Virus record (IMG/VR): IMGVR_UViG_3300010885_004110
Span: 58,588-122,587 of that record
DNA: 64,000 nucleotides
Strand: one strand, 5' to 3'
DNA from: a virus
The first letter of the stretch is position 1. Each line of letters opens with the position of its first letter. The notes beneath the pieces were generated by a model that did not search any database, had not been told where the DNA came from, and saw only the letters and a program-made list of their open reading frames with translations. The translations under genes were made by a program, and so were the position numbers. This document shows positions 49,646-58,938 of this stretch, piece by piece.

Positions 49646-50302
49646 ATGATTATTGGAGTCTGCGGATTCATAGGTAGCGGTAAAGATACAGTAGCTGACT
49701 ATCTACAAAATTTCCATGAATTTAGAAGAGAAAGTTTTGCATCTACATTAAAAGATGCTGTAGCAGCCGTATTCGGCTGGGATAGAACTATGCTAGAAGG
49801 GCGAACAAAAGAAGCCCGTGAATGGCGTGAACAGGTCGATCCTTGGTGGGCACATAGATTAGACATGCCTACATTAACTCCTAGATGGGTATTACAATAT
49901 TGGGGTACTGAAGTATGCCGCAAATCTTTTCACGACGATATCTGGATTGCTAGTTTAGAAAATAAACTTCGAACTAGTAAGGATAGCGTAGTAATTAGTG
50001 ATTGTCGATTCCCCAATGAAATACAAGCCATTAAAGATGCTGGCGGCAAAATTGTTTGGGTTCAACGAGGAATATTGCCAGACTGGTATGATATTGCAGT
50101 TAATGCAAATCTAGGACATAACTATGCAGTCCAGGAATTAAAAATGCGCAAAATACATGCCAGCGAAACTGCCTGGGTTGGAACAAATTTTGATGTAATT
50201 TTAGATAATAATGGATCTATTGATGACTTATACAAGCAGTCAGCAGCACTAATAGTCAGCGACGAGATCACCCTGACGCCAAACAATGCCCTCTTTGCTT
50301 AG
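49646..50302 (+). CDS. gp1: Deoxynucleoside monophosphate kinase (T4 gp1 family)
   Basis: IIGVCGFIGSGKDTVA P-loop, TPRWVLQYWGTE, ISDCRFPNE, HASE. Confidence 0.93.
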   Translation: MIIGVCGFIGSGKDTVADYLQNFHEFRRESFASTLKDAVAAVFGWDRTMLEGRTKEAREWREQVDPWWAHRLDMPTLTPRWVLQYWGTEVCRKSFHDDIWIASLENKLRTSKDSVVISDCRFPNEIQAIKDAGGKIVWVQRGILPDWYDIAVNANLGHNYAVQELKMRKIHASETAWVGTNFDVILDNNGSIDDLYKQSAALIVSDEITLTPNNALFA

Positions 50303-50584
50303 TAGTTGAGTACAGTTACAGCATACCGTTTTTAAATTTGTAGCACGGCAGTTGTCAAGATTGCCGTCTACATGAAATACTCTAAAAACTTCTTGGTGCG
50401 GGCTTTTAAACCCGCACTTATCGCACTGATTTTTAATCTTGTATCCGGATCTAGTCCATCTAGGGATTCCGTGGTACATACCGTTAGCCAAGCATATTTC
50501 ACAACAAGATCGGTAATAAATTTTTCCGTTTTTCTTATAATTTACTGCTCTAGGGCGGTATCCGCACTTACAAAGGGGTCTCAT
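50249..50584 (-). CDS. Zn-finger/HNH-like protein
   Basis: Multiple Cys pairs; CDKCGF..VFHVDGNLDNC..NLKTVCCNC; TAAATA-N5-ATG start. Confidence 0.75.
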   Translation of the reverse strand: MRPLCKCGYRPRAVNYKKNGKIYYRSCCEICLANGMYHGIPRWTRSGYKIKNQCDKCGFKSPHQEVFRVFHVDGNLDNCRATNLKTVCCNCTQLLSKEGIVWRQGDLVADY

Positions 50585-50689
50585 ATTTTTATTTAAGCCT
50601 TTTCTTTCCCTTTTACTGGCGGTATAACAAGCCGATTTTAGTCGTAGCCGCTAAATACATTGAGCAAACTATTACCAGGAGATCAGGGA

Positions 50690-53600
50690 ATGGCACTAAC
50701 ATCACCAGGCGTACAAGTTACGGTAATTGACGAGAGTTTTTATACACCAGCAGAACCTGGTACAACTCCGTTGATCGTAATTTCAACCGCAGAAAATAAA
50801 TCCAATGCAGCAGGCACAGGCACTGCGGCTGGAACGACACAAGCCAACGCAGGCAAAGTGTTTAAAGTTTCGAGTCAAAGAGAACTCGTGGATACCTTTG
50901 GTGTCCCGTTCTTTGAAAAGACAGCGAGTTCAACACCGATTCACGGTAGTGAGCGAAATGAATATGGTCTATTAGCAGCATACAGCTTTTTAGGCGTTAG
51001 CAATTCTGCTTTTATTATGAGAGCAGATGTTAATCTAGATGAACTAGTATCTCAGGCTACCGCCCCGGGAGCAGAGCCAGTAGATGGCGCTTGGTGGGTA
51101 GATACATTAGCAACATCATGGGGTATCCAAGAGTGGAACGGTGCTGCTGCAACAACTACTGGCGGACAAAAGTTTTCAGTTAAAACTCCACTAGTATTAA
51201 CTGATGATGACGAATCTAAAGTTTCAGCTAATGCTCCAAGAGATTCAGTTGGTTCAATTGGTGATTATGCAGTTGTATTCCAAACAGTTTTAGGCACTGG
51301 AACTTATTCTGCAGGTAGAGAAAATGCCACAGTATGGTTTAAATCTGCTGGTAACACCTATACAATTAACGATGGCTTAACAGCTCCCGGCACATGGGTA
51401 TTGGTTGGTAGTCCAGCATGGAAAGCAAGCTGGCCAACATTATCAAGTACTACAACAACTACGCTTCCTAGCGGAATTTTACGCTTAAATGGCACTCCTG
51501 TTACTGTCGGTGCTGCTGTAACTAGAGCAACATTAGCTGCTGCTATTAATTCTGTGTGTGCAGCACAGGGTATTAGTGCTAGAGCAGTTGGTGGTGGTTT
51601 ACAAATTTATACAGACGGTGAAGATTCATCCGCTGGAGATTCATCAGCAGTTTCTAAAGGTATTTTAGCTGTTAGTGGTGATGCTGGAGTATTAACAGCA
51701 CTGGCTATTACAGTCGGCGATTACTATCCTCCATCATTACAACAAACCCCACATACAAATGTTCCTACTTGGAAATCAAGTAGCACAACTCCTCGTCCTA
51801 CAGGCTCTGTATGGGTCAAGTCAACTGAGCCAAATTACGGTGCTCGTTGGATTGTTAAGCGTTGGAACTCTGCAACTAAAACATGGCTCGAGTACAGTGC
51901 TCCAATTTATGCAACTACAGCAGCAGCTCTATATTATCTAGATCGCTCAGGCGGCGGTGTTAATATTGCTGCTGATAGTTTATTTGTTCAATCAAATTCT
52001 AATGAAGAACTAGGACAAGATGCAACAGCTACATTTAAGGTATGGAAAAAGAAAGCGTCCGGAACAACTAGTGCTACTTCTGCTGTAATTGTTGATGATG
52101 AATTTACATCTGCAAATTACGGTTTCAAACTAGCAGAAACATTAGCAGGAAGTTTAGAACTTAGCGGTTATACTGATGTTGAATTTTTAGGAACTGCAAG
52201 TGCTGAAGGTAGCGGAATTGTTACAGCTAATAGACTTGCATCTGCTATCAATGCAGCGGGATTTGTACATGTTGTTGCAGAAGTAACTGCAACTAATCAA
52301 TTAAAGATTACACACAAAGCAGGTGGCGATATTAGAATTGCTTCACATGCTACATATCCAGATCCAATTGGCGCTATTTTTACAATGTCAAGTTTATCAA
52401 CAGGCGAAGGTACTGCTAACTTCTATGATGCTAATGCTTTTTCATCAACATCAACAGACTACTATGTTATTACAAACTGGATTCCATTAGCAACTGATGC
52501 ATTTAATGCAACATCTAATGAACCACTAGCTGAACCAAGTGATGGACAACTATGGTACAATACTAACTACGGTGAAATTGACTTGTTAGTTCACAACGGT
52601 GAAATTTGGGTAGGTTACAAAGATGCATCAAGCCCATACACCAGCACAGACGTTAATGGTCCAATTGTTGCAGCTACTATGCCAACAAAACAAAGCGATG
52701 GAAATACGCTAGTTGAGGGTGATATTTGGGTCAGCACTGCTGATTTAGAAAATTTCCCAAGTATCTATAAGTTTAATCCTGATGGCGGAGCATCTGTTTC
52801 TGAGAAATGGATCCTTGTTGATAAAACAGATCAAACTACAGAAGAAGGTGTTTTATTTGCTGATGCACGTTATGGATCTTCTGGTGCTACAAGCAACACA
52901 GAAGCCACTATTAAAGAGTTACTAGCATCTAACTTTGTTGACTTTGATTGTCCAGATCCAGTACTATACCCTAAAGGTATGTTACTATGGAATCTACGTA
53001 GAAGTGGTGGTAACGTTAAGCGTTATAATAACAACTACATTGACACAGCAGCAAAGAATACACGTTATGAAGCTCTTTATAACGATGCAGGCAATACACC
53101 AGTAACTGGCGACGGCCAAAGCTCATACGAAACTGATCGTTGGGTTACAGCTTCACCAAACAACGAAGACGGCTCAGGTAGCTTCGGACGCAAGGCTCAA
53201 CGTGCGTTAGTTATACAGAAATTAAAGAGCGCAATTGACACAAGTGAAGAAGCTCGTGACGAAGAACGCAGAAACTTTAACTTGATTGCTTGCCCTGGTT
53301 ACCCAGAAGCAATGCAGAACTTGATTGGTCTAAACTTAGATCGCGGTATGACAGCATTCGTAATTGGCGATAGCCCACTACGTTTAAGAAGTGATTCTAC
53401 ATCGTTATTAGCATGGGGTACTAATGCAAATGCTGCCCTAGATAATGGCGATACAGGAATTGTCAGCTACGACGAGTATGCAGCAGTGTACTATCCAAAC
53501 GGATTTACCACTGACCTAGGCGGCGCTAATGCTGTTGTTCCAGCATCACACATGATGTTGCGTACAATTGCTCTAAGCGACCAAGTTAGCTATCCATGGT

Positions 53601-54121
53601 TTGCACCAGCAGGTACAAGACGTGGTGGTATTACTAACGCTACAGCAGTTGGTTACATTGATGCACTAACTGGTGAGTTCCAATCAGTTGCATTAAACGA
53701 AGGACAGCGTGATACATTGTATGACTTAAAAGTTAATCCAATTCCGTTCTTTGTTGGTGTAGGATTAGTTGCATACGGTCAAAAGACTCGTGCAAAAAAT
53801 GCCAGCGCATTAGATCGTATTAACGTAGCTCGTTTAGTAGTATATCTACGCAGTCAGTTGAATAAACTAGCTCGTCCTTATATCTTTGAACCAAACGATA
53901 AAATTACACGCGACGAAATCAGAGGCGCAGTAGAAAGTCTATTGCTAGAATTGGTAGGTTTAAGAGCATTGTATGACTTTGCAGTTGTATGTGATGAGTC
54001 TAATAATACTAACGCTAGAATTGATCGTAATGAATTGTATGTAGACATTGCGATTGAACCAACTAAAGCAGTTGAATTCATCTACATTCCATTGCGTGTT
54101 AAGAACACAGGGGAGATTTAA
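50690..54121 (+). CDS. gp18: Tail sheath protein (T4 gp18 family) with large insertion domains
   Basis: MALTSPGVQVTVIDESFY, WFAPAGTRRG, ALDRINVARL, FEPND and VCDESNN motifs. Start ATG 50690 after an AGGAG SD. Confidence 0.95.
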   Translation: MALTSPGVQVTVIDESFYTPAEPGTTPLIVISTAENKSNAAGTGTAAGTTQANAGKVFKVSSQRELVDTFGVPFFEKTASSTPIHGSERNEYGLLAAYSFLGVSNSAFIMRADVNLDELVSQATAPGAEPVDGAWWVDTLATSWGIQEWNGAAATTTGGQKFSVKTPLVLTDDDESKVSANAPRDSVGSIGDYAVVFQTVLGTGTYSAGRENATVWFKSAGNTYTINDGLTAPGTWVLVGSPAWKASWPTLSSTTTTTLPSGILRLNGTPVTVGAAVTRATLAAAINSVCAAQGISARAVGGGLQIYTDGEDSSAGDSSAVSKGILAVSGDAGVLTALAITVGDYYPPSLQQTPHTNVPTWKSSSTTPRPTGSVWVKSTEPNYGARWIVKRWNSATKTWLEYSAPIYATTAAALYYLDRSGGGVNIAADSLFVQSNSNEELGQDATATFKVWKKKASGTTSATSAVIVDDEFTSANYGFKLAETLAGSLELSGYTDVEFLGTASAEGSGIVTANRLASAINAAGFVHVVAEVTATNQLKITHKAGGDIRIASHATYPDPIGAIFTMSSLSTGEGTANFYDANAFSSTSTDYYVITNWIPLATDAFNATSNEPLAEPSDGQLWYNTNYGEIDLLVHNGEIWVGYKDASSPYTSTDVNGPIVAATMPTKQSDGNTLVEGDIWVSTADLENFPSIYKFNPDGGASVSEKWILVDKTDQTTEEGVLFADARYGSSGATSNTEATIKELLASNFVDFDCPDPVLYPKGMLLWNLRRSGGNVKRYNNNYIDTAAKNTRYEALYNDAGNTPVTGDGQSSYETDRWVTASPNNEDGSGSFGRKAQRALVIQKLKSAIDTSEEARDEERRNFNLIACPGYPEAMQNLIGLNLDRGMTAFVIGDSPLRLRSDSTSLLAWGTNANAALDNGDTGIVSYDEYAAVYYPNGFTTDLGGANAVVPASHMMLRTIALSDQVSYPWFAPAGTRRGGITNATAVGYIDALTGEFQSVALNEGQRDTLYDLKVNPIPFFVGVGLVAYGQKTRAKNASALDRINVARLVVYLRSQLNKLARPYIFEPNDKITRDEIRGAVESLLLELVGLRALYDFAVVCDESNNTNARIDRNELYVDIAIEPTKAVEFIYIPLRVKNTGEI

Positions 54122-54125
54122 TTAA

Positions 54126-54758
54126 ATGGCACTAACTTCATTAAACAGAATTTCGATTCCGCCAAGTAACGGTAACTCCGGTACCGCTTTACTAATGCCT
54201 AAACTAAAGTATCGCTTTAGGGTGATACTATTAGGCTTTGGTGTTGAATCTAGTACTGAGCTAACAAAGCAAGTAGTGGATGTAAAAAGACCAGTTGTAA
54301 CTTTCGAAGAAATGCCAATTGAGATTTATAACTCAAAGATCAAGCTAGCTGGCAAGCCTTCGTGGGAAGACATCACTATGAATTTAAGAGATGACGCAAA
54401 CGGTCAAATCCAAAAATTAGTAGGACAACAGATCCAGAAGCAATACGATTTCATGGAACAGGCTTCTGCACGTTCTGGTATTGATTATAAGTTCCAAACT
54501 AACATCGAAGTATTAGATGGTGGTAACGGTGCTCTAGAACCAAGCGTACTAGAAAAGTGGGAACTATATGGTTGCTTCTTAAAGAGTGCAGACTACGGTG
54601 ATGCTAACTACGGCACCAACGAGCCAATGACAGTTGCACTTTCTATCACTTATGACAATGCTATTCAATTCGCCGGTGCAAATGGCACAGGAGTTGAGCG
54701 TGGTATTGGTGCGCTAGTTGGTAGAACAATCGGTGAAGCGGTAACTGGTCGTAGTTAA
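54126..54758 (+). CDS. gp19: Tail tube protein (T4 gp19-like)
   Basis: PKLKYRFRV, KLAGKPSWEDIT, WELYGCF and ITYDNA; follows the sheath gene. Confidence 0.88.
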   Translation: MALTSLNRISIPPSNGNSGTALLMPKLKYRFRVILLGFGVESSTELTKQVVDVKRPVVTFEEMPIEIYNSKIKLAGKPSWEDITMNLRDDANGQIQKLVGQQIQKQYDFMEQASARSGIDYKFQTNIEVLDGGNGALEPSVLEKWELYGCFLKSADYGDANYGTNEPMTVALSITYDNAIQFAGANGTGVERGIGALVGRTIGEAVTGRS

Positions 54759-54773
54759 TTTACAACTACTCAG

Positions 54774-54802
54774 AAAAACCCAAGATAATCTTGGGTTTTT
54801 TT
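54774..54802 (+). terminator. Intrinsic terminator
   Basis: AAAAACCCAAGA-TAA-TCTTGGGTTTTTTT. Confidence 0.88.
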
Positions 54803-54818
54803 GTGACATAAATATTGT

Positions 54819-55904
54819 ATGTCCTATTTTACTAGATTTCTCAAAGGCGTTGGCAGTGGCCTAACAACTCCAAAAGGCGGGTTAGCAGACTGGCGCCACG
54901 CCTCTAAAATATTCATACCTAATTCTTACAGACTAGCACCTAGAACTAAGTTTATGTTCTATGTTAAGTTTGAACTAAACAAACATGTAATAAGCTCAGG
55001 GACATTTACTAATAAACATGCCGACGAAGTAGGATATCTTATTAAGAGTACAGACTTGCCTAAGTTTAAGTTTGAGACAGTTACTAAAAATCAATACAAT
55101 AGAAAAAAAATAATTTACAAGAACTTTACCTACGAACCTTTATCGATGGTATTTAGAGATGATAGTGCAGGTATTATGAATGCCATGTGGGCATTATATA
55201 TGAGTTCATATGTTCAAGATCGATTAAATCCAGAAGGTGCATTTTCAAAAACAAACTTAAGACCCGGTGGCGAATCTAGAGATAACTTTAGATATGGATT
55301 AGATAAAGCAGGTCGTGCTGACGACTTCTTTAAATCCATTAGCATCTACACTATGAGTCGTAGAAGATTTCAAGGTTATACATTAATTAATCCTAGGGTA
55401 ACTACTTGGGGACACGGTGCCAGCGATTATACATCAAACGATTTTAACGAAATGTCAATGAACATTGAATATGAGTCAGTGACTTATTCATCAGGTGAAG
55501 TAAAACCCGACACTCCCAAAGGATTTGCAACACTATATTATGATTCGGTTCCTAGTCCGTTAACAGTAGCAGGCGGCGGTGTTGCTAATCTTGTAGGCGA
55601 AGGTGGAGTGTTAGATGGTTTAGAAAGTATCTTTGGAGATGTAGCTGGTGGGTCTGCATTTAGTAGCCCAGGATCTTTCTTAAGCACCGCAATTAAAGCA
55701 GTTAATACAGCAAAGAATATTGGAAAATTAAGTGGTGCCAGTCTTAAAGCTGAACTTACAGGATTGTTAACTAGCCCAGCAGCAATTGGCGGCATAGTAA
55801 ATACTGTTGGCGGATTAGTAGGTGCAGCCTTTCCAAAAAATAACGGCGGCAACGCTGCTACAGAAGCAACACAAAAAACAATGATACCGGGTTCGGGAGT
55901 ATAA
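54819..55904 (+). CDS. Baseplate tail-tube junction/initiator protein (gp54/gp48-like, tube fold)
   Basis: IKSTDLPKF..TKNQYNRK..YEPLSMVFRDD, TLINPRVTTWGH, IEYESVTY. Confidence 0.65.
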   Translation: MSYFTRFLKGVGSGLTTPKGGLADWRHASKIFIPNSYRLAPRTKFMFYVKFELNKHVISSGTFTNKHADEVGYLIKSTDLPKFKFETVTKNQYNRKKIIYKNFTYEPLSMVFRDDSAGIMNAMWALYMSSYVQDRLNPEGAFSKTNLRPGGESRDNFRYGLDKAGRADDFFKSISIYTMSRRRFQGYTLINPRVTTWGHGASDYTSNDFNEMSMNIEYESVTYSSGEVKPDTPKGFATLYYDSVPSPLTVAGGGVANLVGEGGVLDGLESIFGDVAGGSAFSSPGSFLSTAIKAVNTAKNIGKLSGASLKAELTGLLTSPAAIGGIVNTVGGLVGAAFPKNNGGNAATEATQKTMIPGSGV

Positions 55905-55905
55905 T

Positions 55906-56274
55906 ATGACAACTAGTTTACCAATCCCAACCGTTGAAGACAGTGGAGCAGGAACAAAACTATTTTTTGATACATATAGTAAAAATCCTTTAGAATTTAC
56001 AGCCAATGACGTTGATGCAACTACTGGATTTTTTACATCAAAGGGATTTGATAAAGATGCTGCACAGTCTACTGCATTAATTTTGCTCAAGCAGGCAAAG
56101 ACTGATAAGATACCAGTATTTCAAATTTTAGATACTCTTAAGGTGCTCACCGGAATTCAGTTAAGTGCCCTAGTTGGTGAAATTTTAAACAACAATCGAG
56201 GTCCTAGTAGTACATTGGGATTTAAAGTTAAAAGTGTTGAAAAAGAAAACCAAACTAGAAACATCTACGCATAA
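55906..56274 (+). CDS. Hypothetical protein
   Basis: 122-aa ORF with GGAG SD, coupled to gp4 by TAATG. Confidence 0.7.
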   Translation: MTTSLPIPTVEDSGAGTKLFFDTYSKNPLEFTANDVDATTGFFTSKGFDKDAAQSTALILLKQAKTDKIPVFQILDTLKVLTGIQLSALVGEILNNNRGPSSTLGFKVKSVEKENQTRNIYA

Positions 56275-56714
56275 TGGCTAAATTTGCACAAGGTAGATTT
56301 GAAGTTAAAAATCCCAGCAAGTATGTTGGGAAAAAAGTTCCCTTGGCTCGCAGCAGTTGGGAATTTGTATTCATGAAAATGCTAGACGAGCATCCGGGGG
56401 TTCAAAGTTGGGCTAGTGAAAGTATACAGATACCTTATCGTGATCCATTAACAGGAAACTATACAATTTATGTTCCTGATTTCTTTATATGCTATGTTGA
56501 TAAAAATGGTAGTAAACATGCAGAAGTTGTTGAAGTAAAACCCGAAAGTCAAACAGTATTAGAAAAAGTAGGAAAAAGTCAATATAACCAACAGCAATAT
56601 GTTAAGAATATGGCTAAATGGGAAGCTGCAACTGCATGGTGCAAACAACAAGGTATTAGATTTCGCGTAATCAATGAAGGTGATATTTTTCATCAAGGCT
56701 CAAAACGTAGATAA
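56274..56714 (+). CDS. gp4: Head completion nuclease (T4 gp4, TnsA-like)
   Basis: KNPSKYVG, RSSWE, WASESIQIPY, YVPDF, EVKP, KWEAA..WC. Confidence 0.9.
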   Translation: MAKFAQGRFEVKNPSKYVGKKVPLARSSWEFVFMKMLDEHPGVQSWASESIQIPYRDPLTGNYTIYVPDFFICYVDKNGSKHAEVVEVKPESQTVLEKVGKSQYNQQQYVKNMAKWEAATAWCKQQGIRFRVINEGDIFHQGSKRR

Positions 56715-56722
56715 GTATTCGT

Positions 56723-57199
56723 ATGACAAAGAAACTAGAAGACCTTTTTAACTTGGACGAAAAAAATAAGCCCGAAGTCGAAAATACACCAATTAGAAAA
56801 GCTACAGAAGTTGCTGATTTAAATAAACAGTATGAAGCAGTAACAGCTATCACCCAAACATTACCAGATATTCAAGAGCTTAATGAGCTAGACGAAGCGG
56901 AATTAGACAATCTAGCAACCAAGGCAGAGCAAGCATACGATGACTTAATGGACCTAGGAATGAACGTCGAAGTTCGATATTCGGGTCGAATTTTTGAAGT
57001 TGCTGGAACTATGTTAGGCCATGCAATTACAGCAAAATCTAACAAAATTGAGAAAAAATTAAAAGCTATTGATATACAGCTAAAGAAATATAAAATTGAC
57101 AAAGATAACAACGAAGACCCAAATGATGTTATTAACGGTCAAGGATACGTACTTTTAGATCGAAATGAGCTACTTAAGAAATTAGGCAAAAAAGAATAA
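56723..57199 (+). CDS. gp16: Terminase small subunit (gp16-like)
   Basis: YDDLMDLG..RIFEVA..ML..AI.AK and terminal DRNELLKKL. Confidence 0.7.
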   Translation: MTKKLEDLFNLDEKNKPEVENTPIRKATEVADLNKQYEAVTAITQTLPDIQELNELDEAELDNLATKAEQAYDDLMDLGMNVEVRYSGRIFEVAGTMLGHAITAKSNKIEKKLKAIDIQLKKYKIDKDNNEDPNDVINGQGYVLLDRNELLKKLGKKE

Positions 57200-57207
57200 A
57201 TATACAT

Positions 57208-57756
57208 ATGAAAACTTTTAAAGAATATCTCACCGAAAGTAAGAAAGTCTATAACTTTAAGATTAAAGTAGCAGGCGAACTGCCAGAATCGTTTCAGGAA
57301 AACTTAAAAACAAGTTTGGGTCGATGCGGAGTCTCTAAATTAACAAAGATCTCAACTACTCCTATTCAAGCATTGCCTTTAGATTTTCCAAATCATCCAA
57401 ATACAGAAGTTCATGTATTTGAAGTTATTTGCGATTATCCTGTTACAGCTCCAGAGCTTGCAACTGATGTTAAGGCATTAGGATTAGCCGAAACATCTTT
57501 TAGAATTAGGGGCATTGATGAAGACTCTGAATCGCCTCTAGTAGAGCCAACTGAAACAGCACTACTCGACGAAGCTGAATATAAAGATTTAAAAATCAAA
57601 CACAAAGATTATTTCGGCGATGATTTTAACAAAAGTTTTCTGAAAGATTTAGATAAAGCCGCCAAGGCCCGTAAAAAGGAAGGCGTACAAACAGAATATA
57701 AACTGCCCAAGGGCAAAACAGATAAAAACGGCACCAAGAGTGCTCTAGGGAGTTAA
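57208..57756 (+). CDS. Putative internal head protein
   Basis: N-terminus MKTFKEYLTE resembles the T4 internal-protein capsid-targeting sequence with a gp21-type L-x-E site. Confidence 0.55.
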   Translation: MKTFKEYLTESKKVYNFKIKVAGELPESFQENLKTSLGRCGVSKLTKISTTPIQALPLDFPNHPNTEVHVFEVICDYPVTAPELATDVKALGLAETSFRIRGIDEDSESPLVEPTETALLDEAEYKDLKIKHKDYFGDDFNKSFLKDLDKAAKARKKEGVQTEYKLPKGKTDKNGTKSALGS

Positions 57757-57759
57757 TAC

Positions 57760-58524
57760 ATGGATTTTAATCAATTAATGGCAAGGATGCGTGAGCTGGA
57801 TGCTCCAGTTCAAGCACCACAAGCAGCAGTACAAGAATGCGGAGATCCTATGGGCATGCCTAGCCCAATGCCTTCGTCTATGAATACTCAACCTCCTCCT
57901 GCACATCCTAGCATGACGGTTAATCTTAATGCACAAGGTATGGATAGTATTGAAAGTTTACTAAAGTTAATGACTAAAGTAAATCCAGATATGATTAATC
58001 AGCCGATGCCTGCAATGCCGCCGATGCCTGGATTATCATCTGAGCCTAGCATGATAAGCATTAAGCCTGAGTTACCTCCATTAAAGATGTTACCGGATTT
58101 TGATAAAGAACCACACAGCGAACCAGATGCTGATAACATGGGCAGTCCTAGCGACAACGATGCTGACAATATGCCTCCGATGGGCGACCTGGATAGCGAC
58201 AGCGACGATAATGGCATTGATGCTATTCAAAAGTCTATGGGTGACAATGATGGTGACGGTGATCACGACATGCATGATCATGAAATTGAAAAGAAAGAAA
58301 AAGATGAAGCATTTGGTAATTCTTTAAATGATTCAGAGTCAGATTACAAAGACATGAGTGCAGCTATTCCTAGTGGGAACGATTTAAATAAACCTAAGAG
58401 CACATTCCCTAAAGTTGCAGGTGGCGACAATCCAATGCAACGTACTCAAACTAAAGAAGCTCTACGTGCAAGTATTCGTGCAGAATTATTAAGCAGACTA
58501 AACGAAGTTAAAGGAGCCAAATAA
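57760..58524 (+). CDS. Low-complexity Met/Pro/Asp-rich putative internal head protein
   Basis: Disordered acidic composition; shares a 19-aa motif with the core protein at 6189. Confidence 0.55.
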   Translation: MDFNQLMARMRELDAPVQAPQAAVQECGDPMGMPSPMPSSMNTQPPPAHPSMTVNLNAQGMDSIESLLKLMTKVNPDMINQPMPAMPPMPGLSSEPSMISIKPELPPLKMLPDFDKEPHSEPDADNMGSPSDNDADNMPPMGDLDSDSDDNGIDAIQKSMGDNDGDGDHDMHDHEIEKKEKDEAFGNSLNDSESDYKDMSAAIPSGNDLNKPKSTFPKVAGGDNPMQRTQTKEALRASIRAELLSRLNEVKGAK

Positions 58525-58880
58525 TGGGAGCAGTAACAAGAGTAAACGGTCTACGGAATACCGTTGGTACATTGTATACCGATAATTGCAACATGTTTGT
58601 AATTCAAGTACAAAACGCTGCTAACAGCAACAGAGATCTACGTGCAGAAGATGATGCAGTTGATGAAGCAGTGGAATACATTGTTAAGGAACTAAATCCA
58701 TTAGCATTCTTTGTAGTTGATGCAGCTACAGGTCTTATGTATGTTGTAATGGATAAGAACAGAAGTAGCGCAAGCGAATTGCAGGTTCGTATTCGCAATA
58801 TGGGCACAGCAGTAGGTGTTAATAGTATCGATGTAACAGGTACTGATGTTACATTAGCAACCGCATTAACATTAACTTAA
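58524..58880 (+). CDS. Hypothetical virion protein
   Basis: AAGGAG SD, TAATG coupling, followed by a terminator. Confidence 0.7.
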   Translation: MGAVTRVNGLRNTVGTLYTDNCNMFVIQVQNAANSNRDLRAEDDAVDEAVEYIVKELNPLAFFVVDAATGLMYVVMDKNRSSASELQVRIRNMGTAVGVNSIDVTGTDVTLATALTLT

Positions 58881-58896
58881 TTTTTAAATTAAAATC

Positions 58897-58922
58897 AAAT
58901 AGGCTCTCCGGAGCCTATTTTT
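58897..58922 (+). terminator. Intrinsic terminator
   Basis: AAATAGGCTC-TCCG-GAGCCTATTTTT. Confidence 0.85.
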
Positions 58923-58938
58923 ATGAGTAAATAACAGT

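Noticed and set aside
50249-50584. Mobile homing endonuclease
   Set aside because: It is only 111 aa, the HNH motif is degenerate (terminal His absent), there is no intron context and it has its own late motif. It is more likely a resident Zn-finger protein.
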